From Minisyncoccota bacterium (GTDB lineage: Bacteria > Patescibacteriota > Minisyncoccia > UBA6257 > JAGOQP01), in NCBI GenBank assembly GCA_041674185.1, contig JBAYWE010000004.1, forward strand, positions 186-64,185: 64,000 bases of DNA, read 5' to 3'. Below the pieces are notes generated by a model. The model was not told where the DNA came from, searched no databases, and saw only the letters and a list, made by a program, of their open reading frames with translations. The stretch's first letter is position 1; every line of letters begins with the position of its first letter. The position numbers and the translations under genes were made by a program. Of the stretch, positions 1-9,746 are shown piece by piece.

Positions 1-254
1 AAGATTGCATAAGAGATAATCACACGATGAGATTAGCTATAGTATACAATATTTTCTCATAGTATGTCTGCATCAGAAACTAAAAACAGAGTATTGTGTT
101 GCTTTATAGACTTTTCCATATTTTTTCGCGATCGCGAAAAAATATGGAAGATGAGAAATAAGAAAAGAGAATTATAGTAAAAGAGAGGAATGGAAGGGAG
201 GAAAAAAAGAGATGAAGTTATATAAAAATAAACTACATGAGAGAAAACTATGTA

Positions 255-1739
255 TTATACTTTATGTTTCTTTTTCATTTCTCCCTCAATCCCCGCTTCA
301 CATTCCTGCGCTCGTTCTTTTGATTTTATATATAATTTTTTAATTTCATCTTCATTGAGAAGATTTAATTCCTTTGCTCGTGCAATAAGTAATTCTGTGA
401 CATTTTTTTGAGGATCATCTAAAATATCTTCCAATAAGATACCTAAAATCCACCCCAGTCGCGGACTTGGTTTTAAACGCAGAGCTTCCATAATTTGAGT
501 CCCATCGACCGCAAGCATTTTGGGAGAAATAGGATCGCGACGTACTTTATCAATCATAAATAAAAGATGGCGTAATTTATACGGCACTGCTTTGGGCACC
601 CCCGATCCAATTCGATCTGCTTCTCTAATTTTTATAAGATCATCTACATTTTCAATCCCCACCCGATTAATAAATCTCCGTACCCCCGCTTCGCTCACTT
701 CATCAACGTTATAATAAAATAGATGATTTTTGACTAAATGCGTTACATAAGAAACAATCTGTTTTGAAAAACGTAACCGATTTAATATCCCCCGTGTCAT
801 ATGCGCTCCCACATATTCATGTTTATAAAATGTGCTGTTCGGGCCATCTCCTCCTTTCGTGCGTGGCTTTCCCACATCATGAAGTAATGCACCCAATCTA
901 ATTTCAAGTGCATAATTTTTATCAATCGCATACGCGAGTGCGCGAAGGTTGTGTTCCCACACGGTATAAATATGATGCTTGTTTTGTCCTACACCCACAC
1001 CCTCCAATAACTCAGGAACGATATACTCTAGTAATCCATATCGATACAACAATTCTACTCCCCAGGCACCCTGAGGAGTCATGAGTATTTTTACAAATTC
1101 ATCACGAATACGTTCTTGCGATATATTTTTTAGTGAAGGAGCGAGTGTTTGTATTGCTTCTTGGGTTTCTTTTTCTATAACCCATCCCGTTCCGAGCTGA
1201 CAAGAAAACCGGATTGCACGCAACATACGGAGCGCATCTTCATGAAATCGTTCCTGTGCATCCCCCACTGCACGAACTATTTTCTTTTCTAAATCTTTTT
1301 GTCCTGCATATAAATCAATAATTTTATATTCTGGCTTTTCATCATGAGTAATAAATTCAATCGCCATTGCATTAACTGTGAAATCTCTCCGCGATAAATC
1401 TTCTCCCACGGTGGTGACAAAGGTAACAGTCTCAGGATGACGAGAATCTACGTATCCCGATTCTGTTCTAAAGGTGGTGACTTCAATTATCTTCACCTTT
1501 TCATTAGATGTTTTTATCTTCACCCCCACGGTTCCAAATTTATTTTCGTATACACTTTCAGGAAATATTTCTTGGATCTGCTCTGGAGTAGCGCTTGTGG
1601 TGATATCCCAATCTTTTGGCTCTATCCCTAAAATTATATCTCGCACACACCCCCCCACGATATATGCCAAAAAACCTCTCTCTTGGAGAGTTCGTATAAT
1701 ATCTCGCACTTCAAAAGGAACAACTATATTGATTTGCAT
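255..1739 (-). CDS. cca: CCA-adding enzyme (tRNA nucleotidyltransferase) with HD domain
   Basis: Motifs VGGCVRD, DWDITT, EVTTFR, DLSRRDFTVNAMA, EDALRMLRAIRF and LLHDVGK. Start moved to ATG 1739 because the longer ORF would overlap tRNA-Arg. Confidence 0.92.
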   Translation of the reverse strand: MQINIVVPFEVRDIIRTLQERGFLAYIVGGCVRDIILGIEPKDWDITTSATPEQIQEIFPESVYENKFGTVGVKIKTSNEKVKIIEVTTFRTESGYVDSRHPETVTFVTTVGEDLSRRDFTVNAMAIEFITHDEKPEYKIIDLYAGQKDLEKKIVRAVGDAQERFHEDALRMLRAIRFSCQLGTGWVIEKETQEAIQTLAPSLKNISQERIRDEFVKILMTPQGAWGVELLYRYGLLEYIVPELLEGVGVGQNKHHIYTVWEHNLRALAYAIDKNYALEIRLGALLHDVGKPRTKGGDGPNSTFYKHEYVGAHMTRGILNRLRFSKQIVSYVTHLVKNHLFYYNVDEVSEAGVRRFINRVGIENVDDLIKIREADRIGSGVPKAVPYKLRHLLFMIDKVRRDPISPKMLAVDGTQIMEALRLKPSPRLGWILGILLEDILDDPQKNVTELLIARAKELNLLNEDEIKKLYIKSKERAQECEAGIEGEMKKKHKV

Positions 1740-1779
1740 ATCGTATATAGTATACACTGAATCCACATAGATTTTCCAC

Positions 1780-1852
1780 GCACCCGTAGTGAAATGGATT
1801 ATCACAACTGCCTTCGAAGCAGTTATTGGGGGTTCGAATCCCTCCGGGTGTA
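1780..1852 (+). tRNA. tRNA-Arg (anticodon TCG)
   Basis: Acceptor stem GCACCCG/CGGGTGT, anticodon arm ACTGC-CTTCGAA-GCAGT, T arm GGGGG-TTCGAAT-CCCTC. Confidence 0.95.
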
Positions 1853-2102
1853 CAATTTAAAAAACCGTCTATATGGCGGTTTTTAAATTAAAAACCCGAG
1901 AACGCAAACTGCTTTGCGTTCGTGAGGATTCGAACGACGGAGTGTATGCGAACAGCTGTGAGCATAACGAGTCGGTGGTCAACCCGAGTTGAGCGACGGC
2001 GAAACGAGAGGTGAGACCGAATCCCTGCCTACCGGCAGGCAGGCCTCCGGGTGTACAACTATAAAAATACATCATTTTCTTAAATGGTGTGTTTTTATAG
2101 TT
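1853..2102 (+). repeat. tRNA-Arg-linked structured element
   Basis: Hairpin 1854-1889; antisense tRNA 3' end 1894-1935 split by a 25-nt hairpin (1899-1923); core homologous to 3539-3619 and to 51300-51408 (minus); direct copy of the tRNA 3' end 2018-2058; second hairpin 2057-2102. Confidence 0.85.
2024..2043. repeat. 20-bp palindromic insertion, copy 1 (CCTGCCTACCGGCAGGCAGG)
   Basis: Interrupts CGAATC|CCTCCGGGTGTACAA. The uninterrupted version is at 1835-1855. Confidence 0.92.
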
Positions 2103-2156
2103 AGCATATCGTAGATTCGAAGGGTATTCGAAAAGTATCCAAAAGAAATAAGAAAA

Positions 2157-2176
2157 GAGCCGCTCGTGAGCGGCTC
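2157..2176 (-). terminator. Probable intrinsic terminator of the porin-like gene
   Basis: GAGCCGCTC-GT-GAGCGGCTC inverted repeat followed by a T-rich tract on the minus strand. Confidence 0.6.
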
Positions 2177-2192
2177 AATTTCAATGTGCAAT

Positions 2193-3041
2193 TTAGAGGA
2201 AAAAAGTAACTTTCGCAACAACCAATTTTTCAGTGAAGTTGTAGAACAACTTCAGGTGACTGTTGGTCGAATATTGATATGCCGCACCAACCATAGTGCG
2301 AACAGTATTTGTAGTACTTGAATTTGCCTCAAAATCTCCTTGTAACCATACGCTAATCTTATCAGTAAGCTTAGCCTGGTTCTGCGCGTAGAATTCCACA
2401 GGAGCGCTAGAGCTTGTTGGCCGAGAGACAATCCCTCCTTCTACATTCAATAGTGAATGAAAAGCACTTTTTGCCATCAATCCAAATCCTTTTTTGTTTC
2501 CCCGCGTCTGCAAGAAATATCCTATATGAGTGCCTTCGCTTAATGTTACATCAACCGATGCGGAAACATTTCTATTTCCATCACAGTCAAATACTGAAAT
2601 TCTCGCCGTTACTTTTTTATCATTAAATACATCGTCATACTGCATTGAGATACCATCATCCAGCACAGTAAATGAATTTACTGATGACGCATATGCAGTC
2701 TGCGACATCATATGGGGTGCTGGAAATAAATACCAGATTGGGTCTAAGAAACGACCAGCGGTAACTGTGAAATTACCGAATGTTTTTGACACATTCGCTA
2801 GTTGAATCTTACCACTTGAGAAATCGTGGCGAAATTGTACCTTAATTTGATCATTTGAAAGATCTACATGCAAACGCATATAATCAAATTTAAACTGATC
2901 CTTACTTACATCCTGTGTCGGAATATTCATTCCAGCAAAGACATGAGCTTCGGCATTTATACCATTCAGATTAAATGTTTGCGCAGAAATAAATGATGTA
3001 GATAAAATAACAAACAAAGCAACTAATACTAACTTTTTCAT
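2193..3041 (-). CDS. Secreted beta-barrel / porin-like protein (OprO/OprP-like)
   Basis: SD AGAGGA, signal peptide MKKLVLVALF...SAQ, alternating amphipathic strands, TVTAGRFLDP segment, C-terminal VAKVTFFL. Confidence 0.55.
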   Translation of the reverse strand: MKKLVLVALFVILSTSFISAQTFNLNGINAEAHVFAGMNIPTQDVSKDQFKFDYMRLHVDLSNDQIKVQFRHDFSSGKIQLANVSKTFGNFTVTAGRFLDPIWYLFPAPHMMSQTAYASSVNSFTVLDDGISMQYDDVFNDKKVTARISVFDCDGNRNVSASVDVTLSEGTHIGYFLQTRGNKKGFGLMAKSAFHSLLNVEGGIVSRPTSSSAPVEFYAQNQAKLTDKISVWLQGDFEANSSTTNTVRTMVGAAYQYSTNSHLKLFYNFTEKLVVAKVTFFL

Positions 3042-3266
3042 TTTTTTCCTCTTATATAATGTGATAGTTGATTGAGACCACCCACACGATGAGCTCAATT
3101 AACTATCACACGCTTTTCAATGTTCTATGAGTGTATTATATCATAATAAGTCATAAAAGTCAATATATACAAAAATGAATAAAATAGCCCTAAAAACAAA
3201 CCCACCCCCATAAACTGTTGAAAAAATGAAAAGAATATGAGACAATCTTCCTTAAGATAAGAACAA

Positions 3267-3339
3267 GCGCCCATAGCTCAGCTGGTAGAGCAGCTCCCTC
3301 TTAAGGAGATGGTCCAAGGTCCGAATCCTTGTGGGCGCA
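3267..3339 (+). tRNA. tRNA-Lys (anticodon CTT)
   Basis: Acceptor GCGCCCA/TGGGCGC, anticodon loop CTCTTAA, T arm CAAGG-TCCGAAT-CCTTG. Confidence 0.93.
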
Positions 3340-3367
3340 CAACATATATTCTAAATAGAATATATGT

Positions 3368-3439
3368 GCGGGTATCGTATAGTGGCTATTATGCGTCCTT
3401 GCCAAGGACGAGACGGCGGTCCGATTCCGCTTACCCGCT
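3368..3439 (+). tRNA. tRNA-Gly (anticodon GCC)
   Basis: Acceptor GCGGGTA/TACCCGC, anticodon arm CGTCC-TTGCCAA-GGACG, T arm GGCGG-TCCGATT-CCGCT, U73. Confidence 0.94.
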
Positions 3440-3686
3440 CAAGATGAAAAATTACCCTTCTGTTTAAAGAGGGGTGATTTTTTATTTATGTATGCGGGTA
3501 AAACAAATAAACTGCTTTATTTGTGTGCGAAATCGGACGACGGAGCATATGCGAGTAGCAACGAGCATGGTGAGTCGGTGGTTAGACAAACTTTTGCGAC
3601 GGCAAAAGTTTAGTCGAGACCGATTCCGCTTACCCGCTCAAGATATAAAAATATAAAACACCCCCAAAGGGGGTGTTTTATATTTT
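3440..3686 (+). repeat. tRNA-Gly-linked structured element
   Basis: Hairpin 3447-3483; antisense tRNA 3' end 3494-3538 split by a 25-nt hairpin (3502-3526); core; exact 25-bp direct repeat 3620-3644 = 3421-3445; terminal hairpin 3647-3686. Confidence 0.88.
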
Positions 3687-3701
3687 CCTTATTTTTTATC
3701 A

Positions 3702-4439
3702 TTACCACGAAGGAAGTGCATTTCGTATATTTCGCTCTTCTGTGTCTAGCTCAAGAACCGCATCTCCTTGTATAGAGATTTTTCTAAACGTACTGTATAA
3801 AGACGTTACCTGTTCCTGTATATCCGCAAGTCCTTTTTCTATTTTATCAAGAGATACAAAAACAACTTCTTCCCCCTCTTGGTTTTGTAACGACTCGTGC
3901 AGAGTAGTAATAATATCCTGTAATCTTTTTAAAGCGCTTGTTGCGTGTGCAAAAACTATTTCAATAGAACTCGTATCTCTCCCCTGATTCTTTGCGGATA
4001 CGATTTTATTTTGCACATTCTGATAACGAGAAATAATGAGTTGCTGAGTTGTCTTCTCAAAATACATCACGTATGCAGAAAGTATCTTGTGTCTGAGAAT
4101 AGTATCTTCAGTTGTACGATAGGTATAAATAACCCCGGCAAGTGTTCGTAGTTCATCGACTGTCTGTGCTGATTCAATATCATTTAGATATCCTGTAAAA
4201 GCAACAATACTTTCATTTGATTTATCGAGGAGTTCATCTTGAATATCTTGTGTAAATATATCGGTACGTTTCTGAATGATGCGTTGCACTGCATTCGCTC
4301 GTTGTAAAAATGTTTGTACTGCGTTTGTTAAAAATTTCTTTTGAGTAATTATTGCCGATTCTGCTTGTACCGACACGGGAACCCCCACTCCCACCATGAG
4401 CGCCATACACACGAGTACTATGTATCGTTTTATATTCAT
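3702..4439 (-). CDS. Secreted helical/coiled-coil hypothetical protein
   Basis: 245-aa ORF with a signal peptide (VQA|E). Confidence 0.7.
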   Translation of the reverse strand: MNIKRYIVLVCMALMVGVGVPVSVQAESAIITQKKFLTNAVQTFLQRANAVQRIIQKRTDIFTQDIQDELLDKSNESIVAFTGYLNDIESAQTVDELRTLAGVIYTYRTTEDTILRHKILSAYVMYFEKTTQQLIISRYQNVQNKIVSAKNQGRDTSSIEIVFAHATSALKRLQDIITTLHESLQNQEGEEVVFVSLDKIEKGLADIQEQVTSLYSTFRKISIQGDAVLELDTEERNIRNALPSW

Positions 4440-4451
4440 AAATAATAGAAA

Positions 4452-4724
4452 TTAAGGAATTGCCTGAAAATCTTTTAATGATTGATCGATATCCTTCAAC
4501 GCACGTTCATCTTGTATATATTGAGAAACATCTGAAGCGGCTTGATCTGTCTTTTGCTCATCAGCACCCATGGTTCGTAACTGTTGTACTTTATCCTGTT
4601 CACGAGAAAACGGCTTGAGCATAAGCAAGACACCTAAAATTATTACCCCTACTAATCCAAGCCATATATACAACACTCGTTTCTTATGTTTCGAAAGAGC
4701 GGGTGTTTCTATTGATTCTGTCAT
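4452..4724 (-). CDS. Small single-TM hypothetical protein
   Basis: 90 aa with one hydrophobic helix; 12 nt from the next gene. Confidence 0.65.
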   Translation of the reverse strand: MTESIETPALSKHKKRVLYIWLGLVGVIILGVLLMLKPFSREQDKVQQLRTMGADEQKTDQAASDVSQYIQDERALKDIDQSLKDFQAIP

Positions 4725-4868
4725 AATAACCTTTATTTAAGTGGTCTTTTTACTCTTCTGAGTACTTTTTTAGTATAGCATATACTAAGGTGTTTTTCAA
4801 TAAAAAAGAGGGGTCCTTACCTCTCTATACAACGACCCGTGGATTAATCAAAAAATCCCAATCACTTC

Positions 4869-5813
4869 TCATAGCGCCTGAGTTATACGAAGCAAATTTT
4901 GTTGCACAAAAACTTTATACGGCCAAATATCAGAAAAATCTCCCCAGGGATCTAGCAACACTATACGACGTCCCCCGTCTCTATATAAATTCTTTAATTC
5001 GTCAAATGGAAGAGAGGTATCCCCCACAATTATCGTTCGTGAATTATCCATGAGATCTTTTGCTATTTCTTTTATATATAGTTCTCTCTCTTGATCATCT
5101 TGTGGAGGAGGTATTGTCTTTACAATTTTTCCCTCATACTCCGCGATAATATTTTCCCATCCTTGACCCCATACAATCACAGGAGCCATTCGTAAATTAT
5201 ATATTTTATCTTTTATAGAACCATACACATCATCCAGTTGATAGGCAGTCGCATACGCTGCATCTAAATACGATACTTTGTGTACAGGATCTATCTCACT
5301 TAAGACTTTTGCAATGGCACGTACCATATCTTTTCCCCCTTGTGTGGTAAGCCAATAATATCCCCCTTTCGTCTCAGAGACATCCTCTGATTTTGTAGGG
5401 GGGAGTGTATCTGCTGTAGATTCATCGTGAACCAAGGCATCCCCATATGTATCCAAAAAAACAACTGCCGTTTTATCATTTTCCGATCCACACAGTTCTT
5501 TTACCCATCCATCAACATCAGCGCTTAAGCCAAAAAATACCACAGATTCACGACATACGTCCGCTGTGTCTTCGAGAGAACCACTTGGTTCTTTAATACG
5601 CACCACGGTCACATATCCTCCTCCAATTTCTTTTACTACATTTGCAAGAAACTGATGGGTAACACCAATGTGAATTGTAGGAGCTGCTATAAATGTAGGG
5701 TCCTCTGAAATTGGTGTTGGTATACCCATACTATGCCATACCATAAACACGGCCAAGACCGATATGAATATTATTATAAAAAGAATTCCATTTTTGATTC
5801 GCTGTGTATACAT
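4869..5813 (-). CDS. ZnuA/TroA-like metal ABC substrate-binding fold protein (degenerate)
   Basis: Segments LANVVKEIGG, YWLTT...AIAKVLSEIDP..K..Y and LLDPWG, with an N-terminal TM anchor. The usual His ligands are not evident. Confidence 0.6.
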   Translation of the reverse strand: MYTQRIKNGILFIIIFISVLAVFMVWHSMGIPTPISEDPTFIAAPTIHIGVTHQFLANVVKEIGGGYVTVVRIKEPSGSLEDTADVCRESVVFFGLSADVDGWVKELCGSENDKTAVVFLDTYGDALVHDESTADTLPPTKSEDVSETKGGYYWLTTQGGKDMVRAIAKVLSEIDPVHKVSYLDAAYATAYQLDDVYGSIKDKIYNLRMAPVIVWGQGWENIIAEYEGKIVKTIPPPQDDQERELYIKEIAKDLMDNSRTIIVGDTSLPFDELKNLYRDGGRRIVLLDPWGDFSDIWPYKVFVQQNLLRITQAL

Positions 5814-5816
5814 ATA

Positions 5817-7103
5817 CTATGGTGTAGAACTACCCGTCACAGAAGAATGAGGGAGCACCCCTGATGAAAATATAATCGGCAGAGGATCACTGTACCCGAA
5901 GCTCGTTGGATTAGTACTCGTGTATCCAATGCACTGTGTCTTCTTTCCGGAAGGAAGAACACAGGTATCTGATAGAGGAGAAGCAAGAATAGGTTTGTCT
6001 TTTATCTCAAGGTGTAAGTGCACATCTGCATCCCCCGTCTTATCACATCCATCTTCTCCTACGCGCCAATAGGCACATCCATACCCGGTATTTCCCGCAA
6101 CTCCTAACACATCCCCACCCTTTATAGGAGCCCCTATCTGAGTAGATACTATAGATGCAAGATGCCCATATAAGACATACTTCTTTTTACCCTCGATGAG
6201 GTGAGACATAATAATGGTATTTCCTAATCCTCCATCGTCCACACCATTAGAGATTATAGCCTCAACTGTTCCCGATGCGATTGCATGAACAGAAAGATCT
6301 TGAGCAGTCTCACGGGAAGCAAAATCAACGCCCGCATGCTGTATGTAGTTATATTGTTTATCTTCATACCAAGACCAGTCAGTTTTGAGAGGAGAATTGA
6401 ATCGTTGTCGTATCCAAAAAGAGCTCGTATCTACGGGAGAGAAAAATCCTTCCTGCACTTGTGCATCTGAAAGAGACAGATAAGAAACAATAACATCTCC
6501 CTTTTGAGTAGTCGTAAAAAAATCTGCTGCAACCGTATCTTCTAAACGAATACACCCTCCCGAAAATTGACTCGTAACTTTTGTTCCATCAGAATGATAT
6601 GGAATACCATGAATAAAGAAATCTTCATATACCTGAACCGCGTGCTCCATCCACACGGGAAAAATAGATGACATAAATTTCTCACGTTTCACTCCTATCT
6701 CAAAAAATCCCGTAGGAGTTTGAAACCATTTTCCATACGGAGCTTGATAGGCAATGGGGAATACTTTTTGTAGTATTCCATATTGAAAAAATAGAATTTT
6801 TTCATGTGTTAAGTCTATCTGAAACAATCGCATACGACTTATAAGAGGAAGTTCATCACACCATCGTTCATCACCTGCTTCTGAAAAAATTGTTTCTGAG
6901 GTACATACAGAAAGTTGCGTTGGTGTGGATGAAGTATATGGTGCATCACTGACAGAGGGTAGAGATACTACATCAAGGGGAGTAACTATGGTTGAGCGAC
7001 TCCCCTGTGCATACGTGTATACCGCAAGTATGGCAATCAGTACTACAAGAACTATGATAAAAATCTGTATGGAATGTTTTCGGTGATGCTTCATTCTCAC
7101 CAT
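5817..7103 (-). CDS. L,D-transpeptidase (YkuD) plus M23 peptidase fusion
   Basis: TPTG..., IHGIPY...SGGCIRL (YkuD His/Cys); HAGVDF, YGHL and HLHLE (M23). Start uncertain (7094, 7103 or 7160). Confidence 0.85.
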   Translation of the reverse strand: MVRMKHHRKHSIQIFIIVLVVLIAILAVYTYAQGSRSTIVTPLDVVSLPSVSDAPYTSSTPTQLSVCTSETIFSEAGDERWCDELPLISRMRLFQIDLTHEKILFFQYGILQKVFPIAYQAPYGKWFQTPTGFFEIGVKREKFMSSIFPVWMEHAVQVYEDFFIHGIPYHSDGTKVTSQFSGGCIRLEDTVAADFFTTTQKGDVIVSYLSLSDAQVQEGFFSPVDTSSFWIRQRFNSPLKTDWSWYEDKQYNYIQHAGVDFASRETAQDLSVHAIASGTVEAIISNGVDDGGLGNTIIMSHLIEGKKKYVLYGHLASIVSTQIGAPIKGGDVLGVAGNTGYGCAYWRVGEDGCDKTGDADVHLHLEIKDKPILASPLSDTCVLPSGKKTQCIGYTSTNPTSFGYSDPLPIIFSSGVLPHSSVTGSSTP

Positions 7104-7266
7104 GATAGCAAAAGAATTTTGAAATTTAAAATTATATTGTACACGATAGGATGCGTTCATTTACTTTTACCTTTTTATATTCTATGTCATACTTATACTG
7201 TAAGCCCCTCGTGGGGTTTTGTGGACTATAAATAGTCGTAACATTTCACTAACTTATTCGTTATCT

Positions 7267-7830
7267 ATGGTAGATGCTCGTTTGACAGATGAACACGAAA
7301 TTCTGAAAAAAGCCATTGCGGGAGAATCCTCAGCTTTCGGCTCACTATATGATACGTATCAACCCCTTATTTATCGGTTTGTGTATCTACGAGTAAGCCA
7401 TCGTGAGGAGGCTGAGGATCTCACGCATCAGGTATTTCTCAGTGCGTGGCAAAATATTGGATCATTTCAGGAGCACGGACTCCCTATTTCAAGTTGGTTA
7501 TACCAAATCGCTCGAAATCGTGTTATTGACCATTATCGAACAAAACATGTTTCTCTTTCCTTAAATGAAGAGAACGAGGATCTTCACCCCTCTCTCGATG
7601 ATGTTGCTGACTCCCTTGAAACAAAACTCCAACTAGAGCAGATTCAAGTTGCATTGCGAACTCTTCATCCAGATCAACAAGATATACTTATCATGCGGTT
7701 TGTCGAAGGGCTCTCAAATGCAGAAATTGCCTCTGCCCTAAAAAAACATGAGGGAACGATTCGTGTCTTACAACATCGAGCGCTCCGTAATTTGAAGAAA
7801 CAATTAGAAAAAAGTCATGAAATTCAATAA
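7267..7830 (+). CDS. ECF sigma factor (sigma-70 family)
   Basis: AFGSLYD, EAEDLTHQVFL, WLYQIARNRVIDHYR and region 4 EIASAL...GTIRVLQHRAL. Confidence 0.92.
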   Translation: MVDARLTDEHEILKKAIAGESSAFGSLYDTYQPLIYRFVYLRVSHREEAEDLTHQVFLSAWQNIGSFQEHGLPISSWLYQIARNRVIDHYRTKHVSLSLNEENEDLHPSLDDVADSLETKLQLEQIQVALRTLHPDQQDILIMRFVEGLSNAEIASALKKHEGTIRVLQHRALRNLKKQLEKSHEIQ

Positions 7831-8350
7831 TACAAAAGAATTAATAACACAATTAGAACAATTCCGACGCATTCATCCGCGCGCGGAGTTTTCTCAAGAT
7901 TCAAAACGAATTATTCTTTCTACTCCATATAAATCATTTTCACAAAAAACGACAATCACTCCTTCATGGGACGTACAATTACAATATGGATTCTCATCAA
8001 TTGTGCGTATTGGGTCATTTATAGGTATTGGATTATCTATCCTTATCATCTCTTTGTACGCGACTCATGAATTATCTCCTGTGTTATTCCCTGGATTAAG
8101 TCCTCAAAGCATTACCGCTGAAGCAGAAATGTTGAATTCAAACATGAATATTGAACTCTCTCGCTTGGGATATTTTGACACCACAGCACAAGAAAGTAGT
8201 GCTGCGTTGAAACAATTGTCTCAAAAACAGTTTAATCATCTCAATGATACCATTATTACCTCAGAAGCCACGGCACTCCAGGAAACAATTTCGACTCCCT
8301 CTGACGATACCACTCAAATAAATGCACTTATTAATCAATTAAGTAACTAA
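7817..8350 (+). CDS. Putative membrane anti-sigma factor
   Basis: Overlaps the end of the ECF sigma gene; one central TM helix. The call is positional. Confidence 0.55.
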   Translation: MKFNNTKELITQLEQFRRIHPRAEFSQDSKRIILSTPYKSFSQKTTITPSWDVQLQYGFSSIVRIGSFIGIGLSILIISLYATHELSPVLFPGLSPQSITAEAEMLNSNMNIELSRLGYFDTTAQESSAALKQLSQKQFNHLNDTIITSEATALQETISTPSDDTTQINALINQLSN

Positions 8351-8364
8351 AGAAATATATTCCT

Positions 8365-9303
8365 ATGCGCCACATCCATCGTATACTTCATACTTCTCTC
8401 ACCGCTCTTATTGTTATATGCGGTATAGTGGGATCATATGGCTTACAAACACCCACAGTATATGCAGAAACAAAAGACACAACCTCTTCTCAACTCACTG
8501 AAATAAAAGATCAGATACGTCAGTTATTTGAGTTACAAGATAGTATCACCATTCCTCAGCAAGACAAGGATCTCCAAGAGTTACAGTTACGTCGTAAAAT
8601 ACTCACCGCTATAGTCACCGCAACCCAAAAGCAAACAGCGACGGCACGAGATGAATTTGAAAAAATACAACTTCCCAACTCAGATGATTGGAAACAAATT
8701 CATGATTCAATTCTTTCCTCTTTTGACGCAACACAAGAGTATTATACTGAGGTGTACAATCGCATTACCAACGATCCCAATCTTACCTCCTCATTACTTA
8801 AAAATATAGCACGCGATATAGAACAGAAAAAAACACAAGAAATTGATCCTCTTATCAAAAAAGCTCATGTAATTGTGGCAACATTTAATATTACCGACAT
8901 GCTTAAGGTGGGCGATGATCGTCTTGCAAAGATTAAACTTGATGTAGATAAAATATACACACAAAAACTAACTCGTTCACAAACTCTGAAACAGTTATTT
9001 GAAAAAGCTTCACTTGAGCTTTCTCAAGCACGTGAGTTTAACGACCTATCAAAAGAGACTATCTTATATGCATACACGACACCTGAAACAGGGAGCTCAA
9101 CTGAATATCTAGACGCACTCTATAAGAAACTAGAAAAAGAAAAAGGAGATTCTCTCCGCACTACTCATAGTTCAACGGACTCCTCTTCTGAAGTTATACA
9201 AGACTATATACAAAAAACCGTTACCGAATCGATCACTTCTATTAAATCAGTATACGATATATTTATGAAAATGAGTTCAAACGTAAAAAGTTATCTCAAA
9301 TAG
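8365..9303 (+). CDS. Secreted helical hypothetical protein
   Basis: 312 aa with a signal peptide (VYA|E), in the same operon as the ECF sigma gene. Confidence 0.7.
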   Translation: MRHIHRILHTSLTALIVICGIVGSYGLQTPTVYAETKDTTSSQLTEIKDQIRQLFELQDSITIPQQDKDLQELQLRRKILTAIVTATQKQTATARDEFEKIQLPNSDDWKQIHDSILSSFDATQEYYTEVYNRITNDPNLTSSLLKNIARDIEQKKTQEIDPLIKKAHVIVATFNITDMLKVGDDRLAKIKLDVDKIYTQKLTRSQTLKQLFEKASLELSQAREFNDLSKETILYAYTTPETGSSTEYLDALYKKLEKEKGDSLRTTHSSTDSSSEVIQDYIQKTVTESITSIKSVYDIFMKMSSNVKSYLK

Positions 9304-9330
9304 AAATTCCTCATATATAGAATGACACCT

Positions 9331-9369
9331 ATAATAAAAATCCCATCAAAAAGATGGGATTTTTATTAT
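9331..9369. terminator. Bidirectional intrinsic terminator
   Basis: ATAATAAAAATCCCATC / GATGGGATTTTTATTAT inverted repeat between convergent genes. Confidence 0.75.
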
Positions 9370-9395
9370 ATCTCTCGAGAGATATCAATCGTAAT

Positions 9396-9671
9396 TTATT
9401 GTACTGCTTCCTTTAAGGCCTTTGCAGCGCGGAATTTTGGCTTGATTGAAGCCGCAATATGAATCTTTTCTCCTGTGCGAGGATTTACCCCTTCACGTGC
9501 TGCACGTTTTGAAACCTTAAATGTACCAAAACCAGCAATGGCAACTTCTTCACCCTTGCTCATAGTTTTGATAATGGTTTCAAAAATAGCATCAATGACA
9601 GCGGCTGCGGTTTTCTTAACCTCAATGCCACCCGCGTTCATTACTACTTCAACAAAATCTTGTTTTTTCAT
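9396..9671 (-). CDS. hup: DNA-binding protein HU
   Basis: GFGTFKV..RAAREGVNPRTGEKI...KPKFRA signature. Confidence 0.95.
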   Translation of the reverse strand: MKKQDFVEVVMNAGGIEVKKTAAAVIDAIFETIIKTMSKGEEVAIAGFGTFKVSKRAAREGVNPRTGEKIHIAASIKPKFRAAKALKEAVQ

Positions 9672-9746
9672 ATATCTTGCGATTGATTAACGACCTTTCT
9701 TATGTGCATAGTATACCATACCACCCCTAAAAAGCAAAGCAAAAGC

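Noticed and set aside
58-119. Short minus-strand ORF MEKSIKQHNTLFLVSDADIL at the window start
   Set aside because: Only 20 codons, no SD, and no extension even if TGA is read through.
2024-2046. 3-bp CCT target-site duplication around the palindrome
   Set aside because: It fits the copies at 2024 and 35556 but not those at 51376 (followed by CGT) or 51966 (followed by ACT). A 20-bp insertion with no duplication explains all four.
1869-2075. ORFs containing LPAGR(Q/R) (also 51273-51677), plus 3474-3656 and 51479-51667
   Set aside because: They are translations of the non-coding tRNA-linked elements, the 20-bp palindrome or tRNA-Ser. The conservation is structural, not codon-like.
1835-3644. 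tRNA introns or split tRNAs as the explanation for duplicated 3' ends
   Set aside because: Each tRNA folds into a complete cloverleaf without the downstream element.
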